From positions 1 to 37,789 of the forward strand of contig JAAZLA010000059.1 of NCBI GenBank assembly GCA_012799545.1: DNA of 37,789 bases, in the 5' to 3' direction. The notes beneath the pieces were generated by a model. It was given only the letters and a program-made list of their open reading frames with translations. It was not told the origin of the DNA and did no database searches. Positions 17,849 to 24,187 of this stretch are shown here, piece after piece. Each line of letters opens with the position of its first letter. Positions within the stretch are counted from its first letter, which is position 1. Made by a program: the position numbers and the translations under genes. The stretch is from Treponema sp. GTDB taxonomy: Bacteria > Spirochaetota > Spirochaetia > Treponematales > Treponemataceae.

Positions 17849-18159
17849 TAATTTTTTGGTGTTGGTATTGCCCATAATGAATTTTTTAAGTCTCGTCCTG
17901 AGCGAAAAGCGGCAACATAATGAGGTGCTACACTCACTTGCTCCCCTGTTTTAGGATTTCTAGCCGCTGCTTTTCCTTTCCGAAGTCGCAATTCAAATGT
18001 TCCAAACCCACGAAGTTCGATAGTCTTAGATTGAACCAAAGATTCTTTTACTTGCTCTAAGAATGACTCAACAATATCTTGTATGATTTTTTTTTCGTAG
18101 TTTGTATCTTCATAGATTGCTTCTACTAGATCATATTTGGTAACTTTTTTAGATTGCAT
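17848..18159 (-). CDS. HU/IHF-family DNA-binding protein
   Basis: ELRGFGTFELRLRKGKAAARNPKTGEQVSVAPHYVAAFRSG is the HU/IHF beta-arm signature (RNPxTGE). The ATG at 18159 has a GAGG 5 nt upstream; the listed GTG at 18165 is 2 codons longer. Confidence 0.88.
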   Translation of the reverse strand: MQSKKVTKYDLVEAIYEDTNYEKKIIQDIVESFLEQVKESLVQSKTIELRGFGTFELRLRKGKAAARNPKTGEQVSVAPHYVAAFRSGRDLKNSLWAIPTPKN

Positions 18160-18190
18160 TATCACCTCAGAATAGGATCGATACAGAGAA

Positions 18191-18219
18191 AATTATAAAG
18201 GGCAAAGCCCTTTATAATT
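18191..18219 (-). terminator. Intrinsic terminator/attenuator after rpsT
   Basis: 13-bp perfect stem AATTATAAAGGGC (18191-18203) / GCCCTTTATAATT (18207-18219) with loop AAA. On the minus strand it runs into TTTTCTC. It starts 5 nt after the rpsT stop and ends 32 nt before the HU start. Confidence 0.7.
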
Positions 18220-18223
18220 TACA

Positions 18224-18508
18224 TTATTTCGCGCTTGCAGTCTCAAAAGAAGCATTATACAGCTTCATCATTCTTGATTTTTTGCGTGAAACAGCGTTTG
18301 GTTTTATAACACCTTTTTTGCCAGCCTTATCGAGCTCGCTTAAAAGTATACCAAGTTTTTCTGAAGCAAGAGCTTGATCTTTTACATGAACAGCTTCAAC
18401 AAATTTTCTTGCGCTTGTTCTAGTGGCACTTTTTACTGCCTTATTTCGTAATCTTCGATCTTCACTTTGCTTATGTCTTTTTTTTGCAGATGCATTTTTA
18501 ACCGCCAA
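18224..18508 (-). CDS. rpsT: 30S ribosomal protein S20
   Basis: N-terminus AVKNASAKKRHKQSEDRRLRNKAVKS matches the S20 signature (SAKKR...R...N). 94 aa, very basic, TTG start. Confidence 0.9.
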   Translation of the reverse strand: MAVKNASAKKRHKQSEDRRLRNKAVKSATRTSARKFVEAVHVKDQALASEKLGILLSELDKAGKKGVIKPNAVSRKKSRMMKLYNASFETASAK

Positions 18509-18538
18509 AGGAGAACCCCCATTAAAAAACTATTCGAT

Positions 18539-18567
18539 ATTTTACCAAAGCCACCCGTATTAGTCAA
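18539..18567 (-). promoter_or_regulatory. sigma70-like promoter candidate for rpsT (TTGACT-N17-TAAAAT)
   Basis: On the minus strand, TTGACT is the complement of 18562-18567 and TAAAAT the complement of 18539-18544, with a 17-nt spacer. It lies about 30 nt upstream of the rpsT start. Confidence 0.55.
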
Positions 18568-18585
18568 GTAGCGTAAAAAAGCTTA

Positions 18586-18614
18586 TTGACATAAAAATTG
18601 CATAGTAGTATAGT
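18586..18614 (+). promoter_or_regulatory. Near-consensus sigma70 promoter (TTGACA-N17-TATAGT) for the unlisted small ORF
   Basis: TTGACA at 18586-18591, a 17-nt spacer, TATAGT at 18609-18614. It sits back-to-back with the rpsT promoter. Confidence 0.6.
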
Positions 18615-18644
18615 ATTGTTACAAACCATTCAGGGAGGCGTAAA

Positions 18645-18815
18645 ATGGCTGATGCCAGTAAAAACTCAAGAAAAAGTGTTGCTACACAAAAATTTATGTG
18701 CTCTTGCGGTGGTGAAGTTTCAATGAAAACATTATTTGATGTTGGCAAGATTAAAAACATTGCCGAATGCCAAAAATGCAAACGCGTTGAACGCCGCCCA
18801 AAGGACTTTAATTAA
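18645..18815 (+). CDS. Small (56 aa) basic zinc-ribbon-like protein, absent from the ORF track (below length cut-off)
   Basis: My translation is MADASKNSRKSVATQKFMCSCGGEVSMKTLFDVGKIKNIAECQKCKRVERRPKDFN. GGGAGG RBS at 18633-18638, 6 nt before the ATG. CxC-x20-CxxC cysteine pattern. Own promoter and a downstream terminator. Confidence 0.6.
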   Translation: MADASKNSRKSVATQKFMCSCGGEVSMKTLFDVGKIKNIAECQKCKRVERRPKDFN

Positions 18816-18865
18816 AGGTTGTCTCAAAAACTCTTTTGAGCTACCGAAGATACTTTTTTATTATC

Positions 18866-18913
18866 AAAAAAACCAAGAAATTGTAGGAGTCATCTGAAAT
18901 CTTGGTTTTTTTT
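18866..18913. terminator. Bidirectional intrinsic terminator between the small ORF and dinG
   Basis: AAAAAAACCAAGA (18866-18878) is the perfect reverse complement of TCTTGGTTTTTTT (18900-18912). The loop is 21 nt. The core GC-containing stem is CCAAGA/TCTTGG, with A- and T-runs on either side. Confidence 0.6.
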
Positions 18914-21035
18914 ATTTTAAAAAGCTTTTAATTTCAAAAACAAGATCTTCCATCGGACAAAACAATTGTCTTGTCTCTGGCAAACTGGTCAAAAATAATC
19001 TACCGTAGGATTTAGCCAAAAGACGGCGATCAAGAACAGTTATTATCCCCCGATCTGTATTTCGCCTCATAAGACGCCCAAAACCTTGCCTGAAGGCTAT
19101 AATCGCTCCAGGAAGACTCAACTCGGCGAAGGAACTTCTCCCCTGCTTTTCGATAGCTTCACTGCGTGCAGCAAAGACAGGTTCATTTGGTACAGCAAAA
19201 GGCAACTTTACGATTATAACATGAGAAAGTGAATCGCCTGGCACATCAACTCCCTCCCAAAAAGAAGTGGTTGCAAGCAAAATCGAATCTTTTTTTTCCT
19301 TAAATTGCTTTAGTAAATTAAATCTATCTGCTTCACCCTGCACCAAAAGTGGATAGGTCAATAGATGACTATTATCACGCAAATAGCTCGCTGTGCTTCG
19401 CAAAGACTCAAAAGACGTAAAGAGAACTAGCGCGCGTCCCTCAGATGCTTGCAATAGCTTTAGCACGTTTTTTTCCACACTTGCTTGAAAAAGAGGTGAA
19501 TCAGGAAGCGGCATATCGGTAGGTATAGCCAAGACCGCATTTTCTCGATAATTAAAATTTGACGGAAAGGCGGCACAAATAAGTCGCTCTTTTGAAAGAT
19601 ATTGTCCACCATTTCTCTGAAGCCAAAAAGAAAAACCTGAGCTTGTTTGTAAGGTAGCGGAAGTGCAAATGACCGTTTCGAATTGTGAAAAGACACCTGT
19701 GTTCATCGTTTTAGCTATCGATAAGGGTGTTTTATGTATAATCGGATAGCTTTGGCCATCTTCCTTGCTAAACAATTCATTCTTATTTTGCGCAAAACTG
19801 AGGCGTCTTTTTTCCATCCAAAACACATAGTCTTCTTGTTGATCCCAATCCAAAAAAGATTCACAAACCTCAGCGATGTACTCAAGCCGTTTGTAAATTT
19901 GCTTTCCTTCCCAAACCGCTGGCAAACTCTTATCCTCTTCATCAATACCTTGGATTAAAGCTCGAAATGAGGTAAAAAAAGAATGAAAGGCTCGATGCAA
20001 ATTTGCAACAGCTTCTAAAAAAGACCTTAGGCGAAATGCTGTTCCTGCCGTAAAGCGAAAGGCATAGTCTTTTTCCATGAGCTCTAGCGCTTCAGTTTCA
20101 AAATGCGTCAGTGCAGTTTTTATATCTTGCATCTTAACTAAACATTCTTGAAGATATTCAGGGCTATTTGATAACACATCTAATGAAAACAAAAGACCCG
20201 TATGGGCATTTTTCCTGCTTCGTGCAAGAAGAGAAAGCTGTTTCAACACAGTGAAGCGATTTAAACTCGAAGAAAAAAAGCTCGTTGCAGCATCTTCAAT
20301 GCCATGTGCTTCGTCAAAGATAAGACTCGTATACGCGGGTAAAACACCGTTTTCATCAAAGGGTAGCCCATTTAAGCGTGTTTCGATATCAGCAAATAAA
20401 AGATGGTGATTTACTACAAGAATCTGTGACTCATTTGCCTCTTTTCGCAATTTCATAACAAAACATGATTCATAAAAAGGACATTTTATACCTAAACAAG
20501 CATCGCTTTCAGACTGCACTCTTTGCCAAAGTCCCTCGCGAAGCATAAAGGGTATATGAGACTTATCGCCCGTTTTTGTTTCATTTGCCCAATCAACGAG
20601 TACATCGATTTCTTCAATTTCTTCAGAAAACAAGTCTTTTTCTTGCAATAGATCATGGAGCCTTCTTTTGCAAAGATAGTTTTGTCTGCCCTTTAGTAAA
20701 AGCGCTTTTACAGAGAGCCCCATAAGTTTTTGAGCTTGCGGTATATCTTTTTCAAATAATTGCTGTTGTAAATTAATAGTCCCGGTAGAAATAACAACAC
20801 GTTCATCATTTTTTTTAACCCAGGCTAATGCAGGTAAAAGATAGGCAAAAGATTTTCCCACCCCAGTTCCTGCTTCTAAAACGGCAACTTGCTTGTTATT
20901 AAAAGCACTAGTAACCTTTTCCAAGAGAGCAATTTGTGAATCTCTTTGTTCAAAGTAGTCAAATTGCGAATCAAGGCTACCACCTGTTTTTAAAAAGTGA
21001 GAAAGATAATCTGCATCTATATATCTTGTATCCAT
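18912..21035 (-). CDS. dinG: DinG/XPD-family ATP-dependent DNA helicase (Fe-S type)
   Basis: Walker A EAGTGVGKSFAYLLPA, DEAH box IFDEAHGIED, and a four-Cys Fe-S region (YLCKRR ... DACLGIKCPFYESCF). C-terminal motifs TSATL, SFWEGVDVPG and QGFGRLMRR. The ATG at 21035 is used because the listed TTG at 21077 lies inside the tRNA terminator hairpin. Confidence 0.88.
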   Translation of the reverse strand: MDTRYIDADYLSHFLKTGGSLDSQFDYFEQRDSQIALLEKVTSAFNNKQVAVLEAGTGVGKSFAYLLPALAWVKKNDERVVISTGTINLQQQLFEKDIPQAQKLMGLSVKALLLKGRQNYLCKRRLHDLLQEKDLFSEEIEEIDVLVDWANETKTGDKSHIPFMLREGLWQRVQSESDACLGIKCPFYESCFVMKLRKEANESQILVVNHHLLFADIETRLNGLPFDENGVLPAYTSLIFDEAHGIEDAATSFFSSSLNRFTVLKQLSLLARSRKNAHTGLLFSLDVLSNSPEYLQECLVKMQDIKTALTHFETEALELMEKDYAFRFTAGTAFRLRSFLEAVANLHRAFHSFFTSFRALIQGIDEEDKSLPAVWEGKQIYKRLEYIAEVCESFLDWDQQEDYVFWMEKRRLSFAQNKNELFSKEDGQSYPIIHKTPLSIAKTMNTGVFSQFETVICTSATLQTSSGFSFWLQRNGGQYLSKERLICAAFPSNFNYRENAVLAIPTDMPLPDSPLFQASVEKNVLKLLQASEGRALVLFTSFESLRSTASYLRDNSHLLTYPLLVQGEADRFNLLKQFKEKKDSILLATTSFWEGVDVPGDSLSHVIIVKLPFAVPNEPVFAARSEAIEKQGRSSFAELSLPGAIIAFRQGFGRLMRRNTDRGIITVLDRRLLAKSYGRLFLTSLPETRQLFCPMEDLVFEIKSFLK

Positions 21036-21046
21036 ATCAAAATGGT

Positions 21047-21086
21047 AAAAAAAAACTGATTGTATATCTCGATACAATCAGTTTTT
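21047..21086 (-). terminator. Strong intrinsic terminator immediately 3' of tRNA-Glu
   Basis: Perfect inverted repeat (plus-strand 21051-21065 AAAAACTGATTGTAT / 21072-21086 ATACAATCAGTTTTT) with a 6-nt loop. On the minus strand the 10-bp core stem is followed by nine T (plus-strand A-run 21047-21055). Confidence 0.8.
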
Positions 21087-21087
21087 A

Positions 21088-21159
21088 CATCTCCTAGGGG
21101 AATTGAACCCCTGTTGTCGGGATGAAAACCCGATGTCCTAACCACTAGACGAAGGAGAC
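21088..21159 (-). tRNA. tRNA-Glu (anticodon UUC), CCA not encoded
   Basis: The minus strand reads GTCTCCTTCGTCTAGTGGTTAGGACATCGGGTTTTCATCCCGACAACAGGGGTTCAATTCCCCTAGGAGATG (72 nt). It folds as a cloverleaf: 7-bp acceptor, D-arm GTCT/GGAC, anticodon stem TCGGG/CCCGA with loop TTTTCAT, T-arm AGGGG-TTCAATT-CCCCT. It closely parallels E. coli tRNA-Glu. Confidence 0.92.
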
Positions 21160-21177
21160 TTGTGCTTTACGCTTGCT

Positions 21178-21206
21178 ACTATAGCAAATAAAAAAAAAAG
21201 AGTCAA
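21178..21206 (-). promoter_or_regulatory. sigma70-like promoter candidate for tRNA-Glu (TTGACT-N17-TATAGT)
   Basis: On the minus strand, TTGACT is the complement of 21201-21206 and TATAGT the complement of 21178-21183. The 17-nt spacer is T-rich. The -10 ends about 18 nt upstream of tRNA position 1. Confidence 0.55.
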
Positions 21207-21253
21207 TACTAAAATCTAACTCTTACAAAGAATTAGCGCTTTTATGCAAACTC

Positions 21254-22564
21254 TTAATTCATCCCGATTCCCAGCTTTGAAATTAAGGTTTCTTTCAAAG
21301 CCTGTGTCTCACTGTCATCAAGCCCCAATTTTCTTGCCTTATCTAAGTCGTTCATGCTCCTTGTATAATCTTTTAAATGATAATACGAAAGCGCACGTCT
21401 AAAAAAAACAAAGGCTTGAAATTCATTTATCTCCAAGGATTTATCATAATAGTCTATAGCTTTTCTATGATCTTCTAAGACACTATAGACAATACCTACA
21501 TAATAAAAGGATCTAAAATTTGACGCATCAAAACGCACGCTTTCCATAAAGTCGTCAAGCGCATTTTGATACTTATTTTGAGAAAAGTATGCCATACCAC
21601 GATGTTTGTACATAACTGATAAAACAAGCTCGTGTAAAGCAGGTTTACTTTCGATAATAAGCGTGTAAATTTCTATAGCCCTATCTAAATAGCCCTGATT
21701 ATGAGAGTGGATAGCTTCCAAAATCATATCATCGATAGTTCCCTGCACATAGGGCGAAGCTGATTCTAAAGACACTTTTGCCTCAGGAGCTTCAGGCAAA
21801 AGAAAATTTTTGGAAATAGAGTCTGCTTGTTCAAAAAAGGAATCTCGACGATTAAGCAGTTCGTTATTTAATTTATTTTGGTAGTCCCGAATTTCTTGAA
21901 AAATAATATCTGCGAGGCTAAGGCTTGCATTCATAGAAGCGAGTTTTCTACGAAGAGGTAAATCAAAGGGAGAAAACTCGGATTTATATACAAGCTCATG
22001 TTCGACTTCAGCCCAAGCATCTTGCAAGATTGTCCGAATTTGTATTTCACAAACTAAATTTTTTGGCAATTCTATTTTATCGGATCGAAACTCTTCGGGA
22101 ATATGTATGAGAATGTGAATAGACTCATAGCCGAATTCGCGAAAGGTTCGCTCTGTCCCCTTTTTTTCAATTTCTATAATAGAAAATTCGTTTGTAATTT
22201 GCTTTTCGACTTTTTGCAAGTCTTCTAAAAAAGGACAAATAATTCGTATGCCGATTAAATCGCTCAAAGCAGGTAGTTTTTCATCTTTTAAAGCATAGGG
22301 TTTAATGCGCATCAATTTTTTATAATAGCTGGTAAAACCCTTTACACGTGTTTTATACGTGGGTTTTGAGGGTAGATTAATTGTTTTTTTCAATTTATGT
22401 TCAATACTAAATAAAATTGCAGTTAAAATAGGCATGAATACATCATATGATTCTTTTAATGCAACCTTATCTGGAAAAAATGAATTTTCAACGTCACTCA
22501 TAATAATACTATAGCATGAAAAAATCACAATGGCAATAAAAAAAGACCCAAACAATGTCAGCAT
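21254..22564 (-). CDS. RelA/SpoT-domain (small alarmone synthetase-like) protein fused to C-terminal TPR repeats
   Basis: Synthetase motifs RVKGFTSYYKKL, SDLIGIRIICPF, GYESIHILIH and EIQIRTILQDAWAEVEHELVYK. The C-terminal 150 aa or so carry TPR-like repeats (AIEIYTLII..., YKHRGMAYFSQNKYQNALDDF, AIDYYDKSLEIN..., FFRRALSYYHLKDYTRSMNDL). The start is uncertain. 22564 gives a hydrophobic N-terminal helix; the ATG at 22501 (MSDVEN) would remove it. Confidence 0.8.
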   Translation of the reverse strand: MLTLFGSFFIAIVIFSCYSIIMSDVENSFFPDKVALKESYDVFMPILTAILFSIEHKLKKTINLPSKPTYKTRVKGFTSYYKKLMRIKPYALKDEKLPALSDLIGIRIICPFLEDLQKVEKQITNEFSIIEIEKKGTERTFREFGYESIHILIHIPEEFRSDKIELPKNLVCEIQIRTILQDAWAEVEHELVYKSEFSPFDLPLRRKLASMNASLSLADIIFQEIRDYQNKLNNELLNRRDSFFEQADSISKNFLLPEAPEAKVSLESASPYVQGTIDDMILEAIHSHNQGYLDRAIEIYTLIIESKPALHELVLSVMYKHRGMAYFSQNKYQNALDDFMESVRFDASNFRSFYYVGIVYSVLEDHRKAIDYYDKSLEINEFQAFVFFRRALSYYHLKDYTRSMNDLDKARKLGLDDSETQALKETLISKLGIGMN

Positions 22565-22601
22565 TGTCTAGGTCTTTATCTATAATATAGTGATAAAAAG
22601 A

Positions 22602-23645
22602 TTATTGTTCTACTTCAAATGATGAGGTAAAAGCTTCTTCTTGTGCCATCTTATCTTTTTCCATAAAGCGAAGCACTTGCTTTTCACCAAAGCGTGACAT
22701 TTCAAAGTTTTGCTTGTCTTTTTCCTTTTTAGTGATAATGCCCCAAAGATCTTCGTCAGCAATGTCTCTTTCAGTTGTTAAAACAGCTTTATCATAGATC
22801 ACTTTAACATCTTTGAAGTAACCGATAAAGTCACCTCCGTCATGCATTGCATCTCGAGTGATTTCAAAACCAGCGAATTTAACAAAAGGTAAACCTCTTG
22901 GATAAATTGGTACAACTCGAATTTCTCTTTGTCGTACTTCAGTTACATAATGAGGATTATTCCAGCGCAATTCTCGCCAGCCATCAAATCCAAGATAACC
23001 CATAAAATAACGTCGTTCTACGTTGTCATTATCTTTAAGAAGTACATAGACACCATGAGGAAAGTTCATACCCATAGTTGTTAGTGCTAATGATTTAATT
23101 GTTCCAACGTTTTTAACAACACCGTAGCCTTCTTCAAATCTTGTTTTACCACTGGCTTTTTCTTCGTCAGTCTGTGGTTGTACATCGCCATTGTCATCTA
23201 CCGTAGCCATTGGTTCGTAGGCAGGTATATCAAATGGTGGTCTTATTTTTGCTTGAGAATTTACCGAGGTTGTTGGGAATAAAATCCGAACACCCATAAC
23301 ATTTTGACCAGCAAAAGGAACTTTCGCTTCCTCTCTTACTGGTGCAGCAACCACTGTTGATGTAGCGATACTTGTTACATTTCGAGCAGAAGAATTCAAC
23401 GATACTTCCCAGTTAGGTAAACTGAGTGAAGTTCTCATAAGAGCCTTCTGTTCATCTGTAAATGTAGCGCCAGCAGCAACACCAAAATCCATTACACTTC
23501 GCCTGTTTTGTGTAGGATTTCCATTCTCGTCAGCAATAATATCTGCATCATAAAGAGTAAAATCAACGATCACAGCTTCTTCAGCGACAAGAAACATCCC
23601 TACGAGCAAAAATGCCATTACAACTAAAATGAAATTTTTTTTCAT
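22602..23645 (-). CDS. flaA: Flagellar filament outer-layer (sheath) protein FlaA
   Basis: Signal peptide MKKNFILVVMAFLLVGMFLVA. The segments DEQKALMRTSLSLPNWEVSLNSSARN, FEEGYGVVKNVG, YFMGYLGFDGWRELRWNNP and GYFKDVKVIYDKAVL match my recollection of treponemal FlaA. About 347 aa. AAGGAG RBS. Confidence 0.85.
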   Translation of the reverse strand: MKKNFILVVMAFLLVGMFLVAEEAVIVDFTLYDADIIADENGNPTQNRRSVMDFGVAAGATFTDEQKALMRTSLSLPNWEVSLNSSARNVTSIATSTVVAAPVREEAKVPFAGQNVMGVRILFPTTSVNSQAKIRPPFDIPAYEPMATVDDNGDVQPQTDEEKASGKTRFEEGYGVVKNVGTIKSLALTTMGMNFPHGVYVLLKDNDNVERRYFMGYLGFDGWRELRWNNPHYVTEVRQREIRVVPIYPRGLPFVKFAGFEITRDAMHDGGDFIGYFKDVKVIYDKAVLTTERDIADEDLWGIITKKEKDKQNFEMSRFGEKQVLRFMEKDKMAQEEAFTSSFEVEQ

Positions 23646-23688
23646 TCAAAGCTCCTTTTATACACGTTATGTAGCCCTGTACATATTA

Positions 23689-23716
23689 AGTATACGCATG
23701 AAAAACGTTTTGTCAA
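23689..23716 (-). promoter_or_regulatory. sigma70-like promoter candidate for flaA (TTGACA-N16-TATACT) with upstream A-tract
   Basis: On the minus strand, TTGACA is the complement of 23711-23716 and TATACT the complement of 23689-23694, with a 16-nt spacer. An A8 tract lies just upstream of the -35 (complement of 23720-23727). Confidence 0.55.
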
Positions 23717-23725
23717 TTCTTTTTT

Positions 23726-24187
23726 TTAAAAACCTTCATTTTCATAAATACTGCTACCATCAATGTATATCTGTATTATATCTATTTTCCTCACATTTCG
23801 AAAAATATTTTTTCTAAATAATGCAGCACCTTCTTTATTTGTTGATGCTTCATCGAGTATATTCAATGCTTCAGAAGAAAGATTCACATATAAGGTTTTC
23901 CCAACAAGAGCTGTGCTTAAACTCCTCGTATTGCGTGGAAACAAAGGGAGGGATCTATCGGCCATAGGACCAAGCAAAAGCTCATCAATAAGTAAGTTTA
24001 GTCTATCCCCTTTTTTTACCTTTGGTAGATATCGTGATTCTACTTGTAATACACCCGTATCTCTATGTTGAAAATAAAAAACAAAACGTGCTTTTTTATT
24101 GAATATAAAAAAAAGACTAAGTGAAATAATGCACAAGCTAGCAAGAATAATGAGGGCTACTATTTTTTTTTTCTCTATATGTATCAC
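23726..24187 (-). CDS. Membrane-anchored GerMN-like (germane) domain protein
   Basis: N-terminal TM helix IVALIILASLCIISLSLFFIF. The pattern LLIDELLLGP...LFPRNT...ALVGKTLYVNLSSE resembles the GerM N-terminal domain signature. The GTG start follows directly after the amidase TAA. Confidence 0.5.
   Translation of the reverse strand: MIHIEKKKIVALIILASLCIISLSLFFIFNKKARFVFYFQHRDTGVLQVESRYLPKVKKGDRLNLLIDELLLGPMADRSLPLFPRNTRSLSTALVGKTLYVNLSSEALNILDEASTNKEGAALFRKNIFRNVRKIDIIQIYIDGSSIYENEGF

Noticed and set aside
18560-18781. Listed 73-aa minus-strand ORF between rpsT and dinG.
   Set aside because: Its product is hydrophobic and low-complexity. It has no RBS and its 3' end runs across the rpsT -35 box. 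It is antisense to a plus-strand small ORF that has a consensus promoter, RBS and terminator. I treat it as a shadow frame.
23629-23817. Listed 62-aa plus-strand ORF spanning the flaA start and promoter region.
   Set aside because: It overlaps the flaA start codon, the flaA promoter and the 3' end of the GerMN-like gene. It has no RBS and an implausible composition.
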